The notes: generated by a model from the sequence alone, not told the origin. Positions 8,386 through 18,728 are shown, numbered from the whole stretch's first letter. The stretch is DNA of 61,550 nucleotides, filler included, from 5 parts of 5 records of this genome joined end to end with filler, not necessarily neighbours in it, one strand, 5' to 3'. Numbers and translations are program-made.

Positions 8386-9750
8386 TTATTTGTGCCATTG
8401 ATTAAAATGATTGCGAAACTTGTCGCTGATATAACCATCGACATAATACTTGTCATAAAACTCGGAATCCAGATGGTGAATCTGTATCTGGATATGCATA
8501 TGGTAAGGAGAGAAGTGGACCGGAAAATGTCCGTATTTATCGATGGTATACCGCAGATAGCTTTTGGTGGCATCCTGAACCCATTGGGGGATCTGCATTT
8601 TGGGATGATCAATGATTTCCGACATGATTTCCGGTTTGAAGGGGCCGCCGCATCGTTTCATCCAATTGTCCTGTTTGGCGTAAAAAGAGCCCTTTCGATA
8701 CTTCCTTGAAACCACTTCATCCACGACGGCATCCGAATCCTTCCACCAGGGCGCCGGCAAGCCAAAGCCTTCCAGCACATCCGGAATCCCCATATAAAAA
8801 TTTCCACCCGAAAAGGACTCATAAGAAAAGCCCAGCCCCTTGGATTCGTTCGGGAACCCTCCTAAAACCAGGTCTTCGCTGGTACCGCCGAATACCCAGC
8901 TTCCCAGGCCCATGGACTCCGCCGCCAGACGCATGTTCTGCATCAAGGCGCCCGCTTGAAAATCGTCCGCGTGCAGCAGAAGTTCTTCAAACAGCTTCTG
9001 GGTCATGGGAATTTCCAATTTGCCGGGTACGGCCCATTCTTCCATCCCCGCCGGCATCCCCGTATCATCATCCACAACCATGAAACCTGAAAATTCCATA
9101 TAGCACATGAGTGCGTTGAGACATTCCTTGGCGATATCGTAAACAGGAATGAAAAGGGTGGTTCCGGGCCTGTTCCAATTGTACTGCCAGGGAGAGGCGA
9201 TGGTTCCGGGCGCCATGATGGCCCAATCGAAGTCGGGCCGTTTGTCGCTGAGTTTGATCAAGCCTTCACGATACCATTTCAGTATCTTATGATAATCCTC
9301 TTCCCCCTCGATCTCGACGACCTTTGATCTTTCTTCCCCCGGGCGATACAGATACGTTCCGGAATCATTAATGACAAAAAGTTCAACGGCCAGGTCATTG
9401 CAGGGGGCCGGGATGGTTCGACCGGCATATGAAATAAACGTATTCTGACCAAAATTGGGGGTAAGATCGGCGGTTATAATGCCGCTGGGCCCACAGGCGG
9501 CCCAGCATAACATGGCCTCTTCCAGCTCCGTCAAAGGCACCGGCTCCTCTTTGGATTCAAATTTGAGGGGCCCTTCCGGGGCATGAAGCGTACGTCCGGT
9601 AACCGGGTGTACTTCGGGTTGGCCGGTATCATATCTGTAGCCATGCCCGATCCTCCTGGAACGTACCGTGCTCAATGTGGAAAAAACACTGCTGCCATTT
9701 TCGAACGCATGCTTGACCATCTCCTTCTCTTTCTTGTCCGACATGTCCAA
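8386..9750 (-). CDS. Long nitroreductase-like (putative FMN-binding) uncharacterised protein, copy 1
   Basis: TVRSRR (FMN-phosphate-type motif), GRTIPAP, QNMRLAAESMGLGSWVFGG; first gene after a sigma-54 promoter. Confidence 0.6.
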   Translation of the reverse strand: MDMSDKKEKEMVKHAFENGSSVFSTLSTVRSRRIGHGYRYDTGQPEVHPVTGRTLHAPEGPLKFESKEEPVPLTELEEAMLCWAACGPSGIITADLTPNFGQNTFISYAGRTIPAPCNDLAVELFVINDSGTYLYRPGEERSKVVEIEGEEDYHKILKWYREGLIKLSDKRPDFDWAIMAPGTIASPWQYNWNRPGTTLFIPVYDIAKECLNALMCYMEFSGFMVVDDDTGMPAGMEEWAVPGKLEIPMTQKLFEELLLHADDFQAGALMQNMRLAAESMGLGSWVFGGTSEDLVLGGFPNESKGLGFSYESFSGGNFYMGIPDVLEGFGLPAPWWKDSDAVVDEVVSRKYRKGSFYAKQDNWMKRCGGPFKPEIMSEIIDHPKMQIPQWVQDATKSYLRYTIDKYGHFPVHFSPYHMHIQIQIHHLDSEFYDKYYVDGYISDKFRNHFNQWHK

Positions 9751-9815
9751 ACCTCCCTTTCTTGGATTAAGCCATCAAAACAAATACTCTCAACCGAGGC
9801 AGTCATACTGGATAT

Positions 9816-9832
9816 AGCAAAATACGTGCCCA
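9816..9832 (-). promoter_or_regulatory. Sigma-54 -24/-12 promoter of the leftward operon
   Basis: Minus strand TGGGCACGTATTTTGCT: GG-N10-GC. Confidence 0.8.
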
Positions 9833-9846
9833 AACATAAAAATCCT

Positions 9847-9859
9847 TAACATGTTAATA
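9847..9859 (-). promoter_or_regulatory. IHF-like binding site
   Basis: Minus strand TATTAACATGTTA, one mismatch to WATCAANNNNTTR; same distance from -24 as the site at 12959-12971. Confidence 0.55.
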
Positions 9860-9890
9860 TTAAAAGATAATATTACAGCCACCAATCAGA

Positions 9891-9930
9891 GTGGTCTTAT
9901 TAGACCACCAGCGTGTCAGCATAAGGACGT
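9891..9930. promoter_or_regulatory. Paired 18-bp palindromic enhancer (UAS) sites
   Basis: GTGGTCTTATTAGACCAC (9891-9908) and GTGTCAGCATAAGGACGT (9913-9930), offset 22 bp; mirrored at 12887-12926. Confidence 0.7.
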
Positions 9931-9954
9931 TTTTTACTTGAAAACCACCAAACC

Positions 9955-12780
9955 TTGCGCTATCGTGCATATCAACATCATCATTGGAGGTGGGCCATGG
10001 CGACTCATACCCGCGCTCGACCTGCTCAGCAGGGAGAGGCCGCACGCTTGGAAAGGGACCTGGCTTGGAAAGCCATCAAAGTCAATGACCAGGCTACCGC
10101 CAGAAAGCACCTCCACAATGTCTTGGACCGACTCATCTCCCAACTGGACCACCCGGAATCCGCCAACCTTTATATTTCAACAACCCTCGAACTTTCCAAT
10201 CTCTGTTTTGTCCTGGGTCAGGGCTTCGGTGAACTGCTCATGCCGTTACAAAGCGCGTTGAATGCGGCCAAATGCATGGGAGATCGACGTTCTCAAGCGC
10301 TGATTAACCTACACTTGGGCAGGCTTTATTATTTTGCCGAACGACGGTCCGACGCCATCAGGGCCTTCTCGGAAGGAAAGGAAGAGATAGAAGACCTGGC
10401 GGACGACGATATTTTAACCCAGGCAGGTGAATTCCTGGGGCTATATTTCCATATGCAGGGCTTGTTCAGGGAGGCCCAAAAACATTTCGAGCAAGGGGTG
10501 GAAAGCTTTGAATCCGGGAAAGAAGGCCTGCTGGTCAATCCGTCCGCGGCCATGTGGTTGAGCTACTGCGCCGCCTACCTGGGACAGTTCCATCAAGCCA
10601 TCGGGAGTCTTGATTATCACCGCCGCCTGGCTTTGGAAAAATCGGATCAAACCCTGGCCACCACCCTGAGAGCGGTTTTGGGCCTTGTTCTGCTGATGAT
10701 CAAGAAAACACGGGAAGCCGCCTTTGAACTTTCCGGCGCAATGCGTGAAGCAACCCAAAGTAAAAACGACCTGGCGCTCTATTTTTGCAGGGGCGGAAGG
10801 GCCTACCTTCATTTATTGAAAGGCCGTCCCCATGAAGCTCGGGACTGGTTGGCCCTGACCATGTCCGAGGGCGCCGGATCAGGGTTGATACGCCAATATG
10901 CATCCCCGTTTGTACTGGAAATGCTCTTCGAATTCGAACGCCTGGGCCTGGAACCGATTCCCGAGTTCAGGTTTCAAAGGGAAGTACACCGGCTTATGTC
11001 CGAGCCGAACATTCACCTCCACGGAGTGGCCTTACGCCTGAAAGCCATGGAAGCTTCGGCCAGGGGGGAAGATAAGGGTGTGATTCAATCAGATCTGGCA
11101 TCCAGTGAACATTATCTGAAACGTTCCGGAGATCCGGTGCAACTGGCCAAAACACGGGTGGAACTGGCACGGTACAATCTGGGCATGGGCGACCAGAATA
11201 AGGCCCGCATTCTGGCGCAAAAGGCCTGGAGAGGATTCTCCGGCTATGCAAACGTATTTTACCCCGATGATCTCAGGCATCTGCTGACCGTTCGGAGCGA
11301 CGTTTCACCGGACTACGAATCTCGTGAAGAGTTCGTTCACCTTTTCATGGATTTGATTCAGGACCTTGTGCCCAGCACGGACTTAAACAAACTTCTAACG
11401 CGGACGGTTGCGGCCACCAATCGATTTTTCGGAGCGGAGCGGGGCGGCGTTTTCTGGTTCAGTCGCCGCAAACCCCAAAAGGGACCGGCATTACGAGCAG
11501 CCTGCAACCTTTTTCAAGCCGACGTGAACACAAAAGAATTTCGATCCAGCTTGGCCCTTGTCTTTGAGGCGCACCGGAAAAACATGCCGCAAGTGGACTT
11601 TGTCGAAGACGGCGGCTGTCGGCCCAATCGGGCAAAAGCCGTTCTTTGCCTGCCGTTTGAAGTGCAAGGCCTTGTTCAGGGCGTACTTTACCATGACAAC
11701 TCATTTGTCAAAGCCTGCTTCGACCACTTTGGCAAATCACAGTTGGTCCGCATTTCCCAATCCATCACCGGTTATATTGAACATGTCATCGGATTCAGCA
11801 GGCGTATAGAACAGAAAGTTATTGCAGACCTGGGCCAGCTGGGCCAGGCGGATGCACCGGAAATCGTGACACAGAGTTCAATAATGCGCAAAATGCTGGG
11901 TCAGACCGACAGAATAGCCGCCTCGGACAGCACCGTCCTGATTTTAGGCGAAACGGGCGTGGGAAAGGAACTCCTGGCCCAGCGGCTCCATAGATTAAGC
12001 CTTCGAAAGAAAGAACCCTTCGTCATTGTGGACCCGACCACCATCCCTGAAAGTCTCATTGAAAGCGAACTGTTCGGCCACGAAAAGGGCGCCTTCACGG
12101 GAGCGGACCGCCAAAAAACCGGACGTATGGAACTGGCGAACCATGGCACCCTATTCATTGACGAGGTGGGCGAAATACCCAAATCGGTGCAAGTCAAACT
12201 CCTTCGCGTACTCCAGGAAAAAACCTTGATCAGAATTGGGGGCACCAAAACCATTTTCTCCGATTTTCGACTCCTGGCGGCAACAAACCGCGATCTGGCG
12301 GAGGAAGTGGCGGCCGGCCGTTTTCGTGAAGACCTCTATTACCGTATCAATGTCATCCCCATAACCATTCCGTCATTGCGGGAACGGATCGAGGACGTAC
12401 CGTTGCTCGCCTATCACTTCCTGCAACGATATGCTTCAAAATACAGCAGATCCGCACTTCGGCTTATGCCTCAAGACGAAGTGCGTTTAGCTGAGTACCA
12501 CTGGCCGGGCAACGTGCGCGAATTGCAGAACGTAATGGAACGTGCCGTTCTCTTGTCAACCGACGAACGATTGGAACTCAACCTGCCCACCATGCCAAAT
12601 ACCATTTCAAAACACCCCTTTGCCGACAATCCCACCCTGGATGAATTACAGCGTCGCTACATTCTTCACGTGCTTGATAAAACCGATGGGAAAATAGGGG
12701 GACCCCATGGGGCCGCTGATCTGTTGGGCATGAAAAGATCCAGCCTGTACAACCGCATGAGAAGGCTGGGACTGCGTTGA
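9955..12780 (+). CDS. Large sigma-54-dependent transcriptional activator (helical-repeat N-terminus, GAF-like, AAA+, HTH); start uncertain (TTG 9955 or ATG 9997)
   Basis: GETGVGKE Walker [32 protein letters not shown]-terminal HTH. Confidence 0.9.
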   Translation: MRYRAYQHHHWRWAMATHTRARPAQQGEAARLERDLAWKAIKVNDQATARKHLHNVLDRLISQLDHPESANLYISTTLELSNLCFVLGQGFGELLMPLQSALNAAKCMGDRRSQALINLHLGRLYYFAERRSDAIRAFSEGKEEIEDLADDDILTQAGEFLGLYFHMQGLFREAQKHFEQGVESFESGKEGLLVNPSAAMWLSYCAAYLGQFHQAIGSLDYHRRLALEKSDQTLATTLRAVLGLVLLMIKKTREAAFELSGAMREATQSKNDLALYFCRGGRAYLHLLKGRPHEARDWLALTMSEGAGSGLIRQYASPFVLEMLFEFERLGLEPIPEFRFQREVHRLMSEPNIHLHGVALRLKAMEASARGEDKGVIQSDLASSEHYLKRSGDPVQLAKTRVELARYNLGMGDQNKARILAQKAWRGFSGYANVFYPDDLRHLLTVRSDVSPDYESREEFVHLFMDLIQDLVPSTDLNKLLTRTVAATNRFFGAERGGVFWFSRRKPQKGPALRAACNLFQADVNTKEFRSSLALVFEAHRKNMPQVDFVEDGGCRPNRAKAVLCLPFEVQGLVQGVLYHDNSFVKACFDHFGKSQLVRISQSITGYIEHVIGFSRRIEQKVIADLGQLGQADAPEIVTQSSIMRKMLGQTDRIAASDSTVLILGETGVGKELLAQRLHRLSLRKKEPFVIVDPTTIPESLIESELFGHEKGAFTGADRQKTGRMELANHGTLFIDEVGEIPKSVQVKLLRVLQEKTLIRIGGTKTIFSDFRLLAATNRDLAEEVAAGRFREDLYYRINVIPITIPSLRERIEDVPLLAYHFLQRYASKYSRSALRLMPQDEVRLAEYHWPGNVRELQNVMERAVLLSTDERLELNLPTMPNTISKHPFADNPTLDELQRRYILHVLDKTDGKIGGPHGAADLLGMKRSSLYNRMRRLGLR

Positions 12781-12886
12781 ATCTCCGCACTCATTATAAA
12801 ATCCAATAACAAAGCCATTAAGAACATGGCGAAACGACCTTTCACCATTGGGCATATGAGCGCTCAAACCCAGTCTTCGATGAAAT

Positions 12887-12926
12887 GTGTCCTTATTGGG
12901 ACACCGTGATGGCCGCATAAGGCCAC
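12887..12926. promoter_or_regulatory. Paired 18-bp palindromic enhancer (UAS) sites
   Basis: GTGTCCTTATTGGGACAC (12887-12904) and ATGGCCGCATAAGGCCAC (12909-12926), offset 22 bp. Confidence 0.7.
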
Positions 12927-12958
12927 GGCAACCGCTCATGGCTTAAATTATCATGCCA

Positions 12959-12971
12959 TATCAACATGTTA
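12959..12971 (+). promoter_or_regulatory. IHF binding site
   Basis: TATCAACATGTTA matches WATCAANNNNTTR exactly; lies between the UAS and -24. Confidence 0.65.
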
Positions 12972-12985
12972 ATACAACATTTTAT

Positions 12986-13002
12986 TAGGCACGAATTTTG
13001 CT
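12986..13002 (+). promoter_or_regulatory. Sigma-54 -24/-12 promoter of the etf operon
   Basis: TAGGCACGAATTTTGCT: GG-N10-GC. Confidence 0.8.
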
Positions 13003-13096
13003 ATTATATGTTGACCATTCGTAAAGATCAAAAAACATAACCGCCATCACATAAGATCCCTATGAATAAGATTTCTAAAGATTATGGGAGGAAAGC

Positions 13097-13843
13097 ATGA
13101 AAATTCTGGTCACGGCGAAACGTGTTACGGATCCGGACATGAAAATCGTACTCAAGCCGGATGGATCAGGCATCGAGCTATCCAGCATGAGCTTCAAAAC
13201 AAACCCTTTTGATGAAATCGCCATTGAGGAAGCGCTACGCATCAGGGGGGCCAAGGGCGGCGAAGTGGTCGTTGTCAGTATCGGAGATGAGAATTCAATC
13301 ACTGAAATCAGGGCCGGGCTGGCCATGGGCGCTGACCGCGGCGTCCTTGTGAAAACCGAAGATCAGTTGGATTCCAATGCCGTTGCCCTGATTCTTGCCA
13401 AAGTCATAGAACGGGAGCAGCCTGACCTGGTGGTACTGGGAAAACAGGCCGTTGATGTGGATGACAATCAGGTGGCTCAGATGTTAGCCGAGTATATGGG
13501 CTGGGGGCAGGCGTGCTTCGCTTCAAAAATTGCCTTGAACGGCACCACGGCCAGGGTGCACAGGGAAGTGGATGGCGGCATTGAAGTGGTGGAAATTGAT
13601 CTCCCCGGCATCATCAGTACGGATCTTCGCCTGAACGAACCCCGTTATCCCAAGGTGTCGGACGTACTCAAAGCCGACCGAAAAAAAGTTGAAACCTTAA
13701 CACCGATCGACCTGGGCGCGGACATCACACCCAGATTGGTCGTCAAAGGATTTGTTGATCCCCCGCAGCGGCAGGGCGGGCATCTGGTGGCGGATGTGGA
13801 TGAATTGGTCAAGGCCCTCAAGGAGGAGGCAAAGGTATTGTAG
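13097..13843 (+). CDS. etfB: Electron transfer flavoprotein beta subunit
   Basis: MKILV..KRV.DP, NPFDEIAIEEAL, LAMGADRG, GKQAVD, DLRLNEPRY. Confidence 0.95.
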   Translation: MKILVTAKRVTDPDMKIVLKPDGSGIELSSMSFKTNPFDEIAIEEALRIRGAKGGEVVVVSIGDENSITEIRAGLAMGADRGVLVKTEDQLDSNAVALILAKVIEREQPDLVVLGKQAVDVDDNQVAQMLAEYMGWGQACFASKIALNGTTARVHREVDGGIEVVEIDLPGIISTDLRLNEPRYPKVSDVLKADRKKVETLTPIDLGADITPRLVVKGFVDPPQRQGGHLVADVDELVKALKEEAKVL

Positions 13844-13898
13844 GAAATCGTCAAGACCGAAGGGCCTGATGCACACAAAATTCATGTTTTAAGGAGAA

Positions 13899-14864
13899 AT
13901 GAATATGGCAGGTGTTCTAATCGTTGCAGAGCATTGGAAGGGAGAATTGAAACGGGCCACGCTCAATGCCATTACCTTCGGCAGGGAAGCCGCGGAAAAG
14001 ATGGAAACCGAGCTGTATCTCCTGGTTGTTGGAAATAATGTCACCGGCATGGCAGACAAACTCAAGGATTTCGGCGCTTCGAAAATCTTTACGGCCGACG
14101 ACCCTCACCTTGAACACTACACCGCGGAAACATGGGGTCATGCCGTGGCTGAAGCCGCAAAGTTCTGTGATGCAAAAATCGTCGGCATGAGTTCCGGCAC
14201 CACGGGAAGAGACCTCATGCCGCGCGTTGCGGCCAAACTGGCGGCAGGTATGGCCTCAAGCGTCCTCGGTTTTGACGGTCGGGGTTTCACCCGGGAAATG
14301 TGGGCCGGCAGCGTCATTGCAAAGGTGGAAATCAAAACAGCGGTTCAGGTTGTAACCATCCAGGGGACCCATTTTGCTCCGGCTGAGCCTCTGGGAAGTG
14401 AAACACCGATGGAACCCCTGAACATCTCGGTACCCAGGAGCAAAACGCGTTTCGTGGAAATGCAGGAAACCCAGAGTGAACGTCCCGACCCCACCGAAGC
14501 CGAGGTCGTCATCTCCGGAGGGCGTGGAATGGCAGGCGCCGAAAACTTCAAGCTCCTGGAGGAAGTTGCGGATCTGTTCGGCGGCGCCGTGGGCGCCACG
14601 CGGGCGGCCGTGGACTCCGGCTGGGTGTCAAACGACCTGCAGGTGGGACAGACCGGAAAAAAAGTGGCGCCCGAGCTCTACCTTGCCGTGGGTCTCTCGG
14701 GATCCATTCAACATATTGCCGGCATGAAAAGCAGCAAAGTCATTGTTGCCATCAATAAGGATGAAGAGGCGCCCATCCACACGGTTGCAGACTTTGGTCT
14801 GGTTGCGGATCTGTTTAAGGCGGTACCCGAATTAACCCGGGCTTTGAGAAAGGAGCTTGCCTGA
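13899..14864 (+). CDS. etfA: Electron transfer flavoprotein alpha subunit
   Basis: SGGRG, GATRAAVD, QVGQTGK, GLSGSIQH, AINKD. Confidence 0.95.
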   Translation: MNMAGVLIVAEHWKGELKRATLNAITFGREAAEKMETELYLLVVGNNVTGMADKLKDFGASKIFTADDPHLEHYTAETWGHAVAEAAKFCDAKIVGMSSGTTGRDLMPRVAAKLAAGMASSVLGFDGRGFTREMWAGSVIAKVEIKTAVQVVTIQGTHFAPAEPLGSETPMEPLNISVPRSKTRFVEMQETQSERPDPTEAEVVISGGRGMAGAENFKLLEEVADLFGGAVGATRAAVDSGWVSNDLQVGQTGKKVAPELYLAVGLSGSIQHIAGMKSSKVIVAINKDEEAPIHTVADFGLVADLFKAVPELTRALRKELA

Positions 14865-14867
14865 TAA

Positions 14868-16910
14868 ATGAATCCTGTTGCCATGGGTATTTTGCTTTTT
14901 GCCACATTGTTGCTTTTCACCTTGTCCATGTTGCGCCGAATTCTGCCGCTATTTGCCATGCAACCCCAGGTCCGATGGGACCAACCCGCCGTGCGTTTGG
15001 CCGGGATGTTCAAATTTGCATTGGGTCAAGCCAGGCTTTTCCGGCGCTTTGAATTCCTGCATGGTTTGGCTCATATTCTGATCTTCTGGGGATTTATGGT
15101 CTTGAGCATCAACACAATCCATCTTGTGGGCCGCGGTTTCGCTGCAGGCTGGACCTTGCCCGGATTCCATCATGGCGCCGTTTTAGGCATGGTTTACACA
15201 CCGATCAAGGATTTTTTCGTTCTCGCGGTGATCGTCGGGACTCTCATAGCGCTCTGTCGAAGGATATTTATGAAGCCCGACCGTATGACCCTCTCCTTAG
15301 AAGCCAACCTGATTCTGTTGTGGATCTTCGTCATGATGGTGCTCGACATTCTCTATGGCGGCACCCTGTTCATCATAAATCCCCACAGCCCCGAGAAAGC
15401 GGGGGCCTTCATGGGGCTTTTGGGTCTACGCATCCTTACGGGCCTCGGGCTGACGCCCGATTCCCAATTAACCGCTTTTCTGCACGGCATGGGCTTGTGG
15501 GGTCATGTGGTGATGGTTTTCGCTTTCCTGAACTACTTGCCCTATGGAAAACATTTTCACGTTGTGACTTCCCTTCCCGGTGTTTTCGCGGGGAACCTCA
15601 ATGAAAAGGGCGCGTTGTCAAAACAGGACTTTGAAAGTGAAAAGCTCATCCTGGGCGCGGGCAGGCTGGAGGAACTGCCCTGGAAGCGTGCACTCGACAT
15701 GTACAACTGTACCGAATGCGGCCGTTGTCAGGAGAACTGTCCCGCTTACCTGTCGGATAAGCCCCTGTCGCCCAAGCGTCTCATGATGGACTCCCGAAAC
15801 CATCTCAAGAAAAAAACCCCCCTAATGTGTCGCGCCGGCGCCCATAAGCTTAATCACAAGCCTGAAAGGGCCAAGGGAATCCTCGATTTCTGGAAAGGGC
15901 CAACCCTTACGGGCGAAGCAATTGAAGAAGAGGCCCTCTGGTCCTGCACCACATGCGGCAATTGCATTGAAAACTGCCCGTTACTGATAGAACACGTTGC
16001 CCATGTGGTCGATATGCGTAGATACCTGGTGCAGGAGGAGAGCCGCTTTCCAAAGGAGCTGGCCTCTGTTTACAAGGGCATGGAAAACATGTCCAATCCC
16101 TGGGGCATGGCTTCCAACGCCCGTGCAGACTGGTTCCAGGGGATGGGCGTGAAAACGCCGTATGAAGACAAAGATTTCGAGTACCTGTTCTATGTGGGGT
16201 GTGCGGGTTCCTTCGACGACCGCAATAAGAAGATATCCCTTGCCATGGTTCGTTTGATGAAAAAGGCGAACATAAGATTTTTTTGTTTGGGAAATGAAGA
16301 AAAATGCTGTGGTGAAACGGCCCGCCGCCTCGGCAATGAATTCCTATCCCAAAGAATGATGAAAACCAATGTGGATCGCTTTAATGACTTGGGCGTGAAA
16401 AAAATTATCACCGCCTGCCCCCATTGCCACAACACCATAAAGAATGAATACGGCCAGTTCGGCGGTCATTACCAAGTGATTCACCACACACAACTTATCC
16501 AACGACTTATCCGTGAAGGAATGCTGGAACCCAACCTCAATTTCCATGGGGATGGGCGGGTCGTTTACCACGACTCCTGCTACCTGGGACGTTACAACGG
16601 TCTTTACCATACGCCAAGGGAAATAGCGCGGGCCGTACCCCGCCTTGACCTCGTTGAGGCCGAAAAAAACCGGCGCATGAGCTTTTGCTGTGGCGCAGGG
16701 GGCGGGCGGATGTGGATGGAGGAAAAGAGAGGCAAGCGTATCAACAGGATGCGTTGCGATCAACTCTTGGAAACCGGGGCCAAGACCTTTGCGGTCGCTT
16801 GCCCCTATTGTCTCATCATGCTTGATGACGAAATCAGGGAAAAAGCCCTTGAAGATAAAATCAAGGTCCTGGATGTGGCTCAGATCGTCAATAACGCTGT
16901 CTCGGACTAA
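14868..16910 (+). CDS. Membrane-bound Fe-S oxidoreductase (ETF:menaquinone oxidoreductase type; TM domain + two [4Fe-4S] + CCG domains)
   Basis: N-terminal TM helices with His residues, CTECGRCQENCP, CTTCGNCIENCP, CCG motifs (KCCG, FCCGAGGG); directly after etfAB. Confidence 0.85.
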   Translation: MNPVAMGILLFATLLLFTLSMLRRILPLFAMQPQVRWDQPAVRLAGMFKFALGQARLFRRFEFLHGLAHILIFWGFMVLSINTIHLVGRGFAAGWTLPGFHHGAVLGMVYTPIKDFFVLAVIVGTLIALCRRIFMKPDRMTLSLEANLILLWIFVMMVLDILYGGTLFIINPHSPEKAGAFMGLLGLRILTGLGLTPDSQLTAFLHGMGLWGHVVMVFAFLNYLPYGKHFHVVTSLPGVFAGNLNEKGALSKQDFESEKLILGAGRLEELPWKRALDMYNCTECGRCQENCPAYLSDKPLSPKRLMMDSRNHLKKKTPLMCRAGAHKLNHKPERAKGILDFWKGPTLTGEAIEEEALWSCTTCGNCIENCPLLIEHVAHVVDMRRYLVQEESRFPKELASVYKGMENMSNPWGMASNARADWFQGMGVKTPYEDKDFEYLFYVGCAGSFDDRNKKISLAMVRLMKKANIRFFCLGNEEKCCGETARRLGNEFLSQRMMKTNVDRFNDLGVKKIITACPHCHNTIKNEYGQFGGHYQVIHHTQLIQRLIREGMLEPNLNFHGDGRVVYHDSCYLGRYNGLYHTPREIARAVPRLDLVEAEKNRRMSFCCGAGGGRMWMEEKRGKRINRMRCDQLLETGAKTFAVACPYCLIMLDDEIREKALEDKIKVLDVAQIVNNAVSD

Positions 16911-16921
16911 AATCAGGAGGA

Positions 16922-18172
16922 ATGTCAATGTATACGGAACTGAATCTCAGGCTTACGGAACGTCAGGAAGCGCTTAAAACGAGTGTTCACAAATTCGCAA
17001 AGGAAGTGTTTCGTCCCGCGGGTGAGCAGATCGAAAAGATGGATCCCGATGACATTGCCGAAAAGGGCTCTCTCTGGTGGGACTGCAAAAAACAATTCAG
17101 AGAGATAGAATTGCATACGAGCTTCATTCCTGAAAAATTCGGCGGTTTGGGCATGGGACCCATGGAGCACCACATCGTATGGGAGGAACTTGGATGGGGT
17201 TCCGCGGGTCTCGCCCTTTCGCAAGATGTGGACGTTTATCCCGCATCATGGTGCATGCGCATGAGCCCGAAAAATGAACGGCTGCTGGAGGAATTGGTTG
17301 AACCCTACGTCAAAGACACACAAGCCGAGATAGTCGGCTGTTGGGGAATGACGGAACCCAATCGCGGTTCGGATTCCTTGATCGCGGGGTTGCCCGAATT
17401 CAGGGATCCACAAATAACACACAATGTGAAAGCCCGTAAAGATGGCAGCAAATGGATTATTTCCGGCCAGAAAGCCGCATGGGTGTCCGATGGTCCCGCC
17501 GCAACCCATACATTGCTGTTTTTGGGCATTGATCGGTCCAAAGGCATGAAAGGCGGCGGTATCGCCGTTGTTCCCCTTGACCTTCCCGGCGTGTCCAAAG
17601 GCCCCAATCTCCATAAATTGGGGCAGGTCGATCTTCCGCAAGGGGAGCTTTTTTTCGATGATGTGGAAATTCCCGAGGAATATATGGTTGCGGGACCGGA
17701 TCGCTACGAGTTTTGGGTCCAACAAGTACTTAGCGTTGCAAACTGCGGCATGTCTTCGGTTTTTACGGGCGTGGCCAGGGCCGCATTGGAACTGGCCCTT
17801 GAATACTCCAAGGAACGCATTCAAGGGGGCAAACCGATAAATCGGCATCAGCTGATTCAAAAAAAGCTTTTCGACATGTTTGTGAGGGTGGAAACGGCAC
17901 GGGCTTTTTCCAGAGCCGCCGTGGAGTATTGTTTTTCGGTAATTCCGGCGCCGCTGGAATACGCCGTTTCCGCAAAGGTCTACTGTACCCAGGCGGCCTA
18001 CCAAAATGCCGACGACGCCCTGCAAATCTATGGCGGCTACGGTTTGAGCAAGGAGTACCCCATCGAAAAGCTGTACCGGGATGCAAGGGCCGCCCTGATT
18101 GAAGACGGAACCAGCGAAGTACTCAGTTTGATCGGGGCGCACAACATCATTAAAACCTATTTTCCACACTAA
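16922..18172 (+). CDS. Acyl-CoA dehydrogenase
   Basis: WGMTEPNRGSD, ISGQKAWVS, ERIQGGKPI, QIYGGYG, IEDGT. Confidence 0.92.
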   Translation: MSMYTELNLRLTERQEALKTSVHKFAKEVFRPAGEQIEKMDPDDIAEKGSLWWDCKKQFREIELHTSFIPEKFGGLGMGPMEHHIVWEELGWGSAGLALSQDVDVYPASWCMRMSPKNERLLEELVEPYVKDTQAEIVGCWGMTEPNRGSDSLIAGLPEFRDPQITHNVKARKDGSKWIISGQKAAWVSDGPAATHTLLFLGIDRSKGMKGGGIAVVPLDLPGVSKGPNLHKLGQVDLPQGELFFDDVEIPEEYMVAGPDRYEFWVQQVLSVANCGMSSVFTGVARAALELALEYSKERIQGGKPINRHQLIQKKLFDMFVRVETARAFSRAAVEYCFSVIPAPLEYAVSAKVYCTQAAYQNADDALQIYGGYGLSKEYPIEKLYRDARAALIEDGTSEVLSLIGAHNIIKTYFPH

Positions 18173-18245
18173 TGTTATCATAAATTCATCCCTGCAGATT
18201 GAACGGTCAGTTTTTTTTAAAACCTTCAAATTAAGGAGTTAAAAG

Positions 18246-18644
18246 ATGGATGGTTTTACAATCAACAACGGCGCGGAGCTGAAATGGATGCTGGAGAGGA
18301 TCTGGACAACCCCTCTCGGTTTAGACGCCTCCCAGGATCTTCATGAGGGCGTTCTGTTAGAACAATATCATGAGAACACTTTTGTGGCATATGCACTGAA
18401 AACGACGGGAGGCTGGGAAGTCCATGAAGGGAAGGCGCCGTCGCTGCCGAATATGAGGCTCTTCTATTCCGGGGACGCCTTGGAAAAGCTGGCGCAATCT
18501 GAAAACCTGGAAGATTTTTCCACCCGCCTGCAAGATCTGATTGGAGATAGGGAACTGGTATTTATTCCCCTGCGGTCGCCCGACAAACTGGCCGAAGCCG
18601 GTTTCGGGGATTTTGCCGAGCGTCTCGGATTGCCCGGAAAATAG
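18246..18644 (+). CDS. Small SCP2-like hypothetical protein (paralog of 3243-3632)
   Basis: RBS AAGGAG; WEVHEG..P..LFYSGDALEKLA..EDF aligns by eye with 3243-3632. Confidence 0.55.
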   Translation: MDGFTINNGAELKWMLERIWTTPLGLDASQDLHEGVLLEQYHENTFVAYALKTTGGWEVHEGKAPSLPNMRLFYSGDALEKLAQSENLEDFSTRLQDLIGDRELVFIPLRSPDKLAEAGFGDFAERLGLPGK

Positions 18645-18728
18645 GTGTAAACCATGCTTGACGATGAAAAACATTATTTTAGAATCAAAAACAGGCCGTT
18701 TTCCGGCCGCCCGGGGGGAAATTGACCA

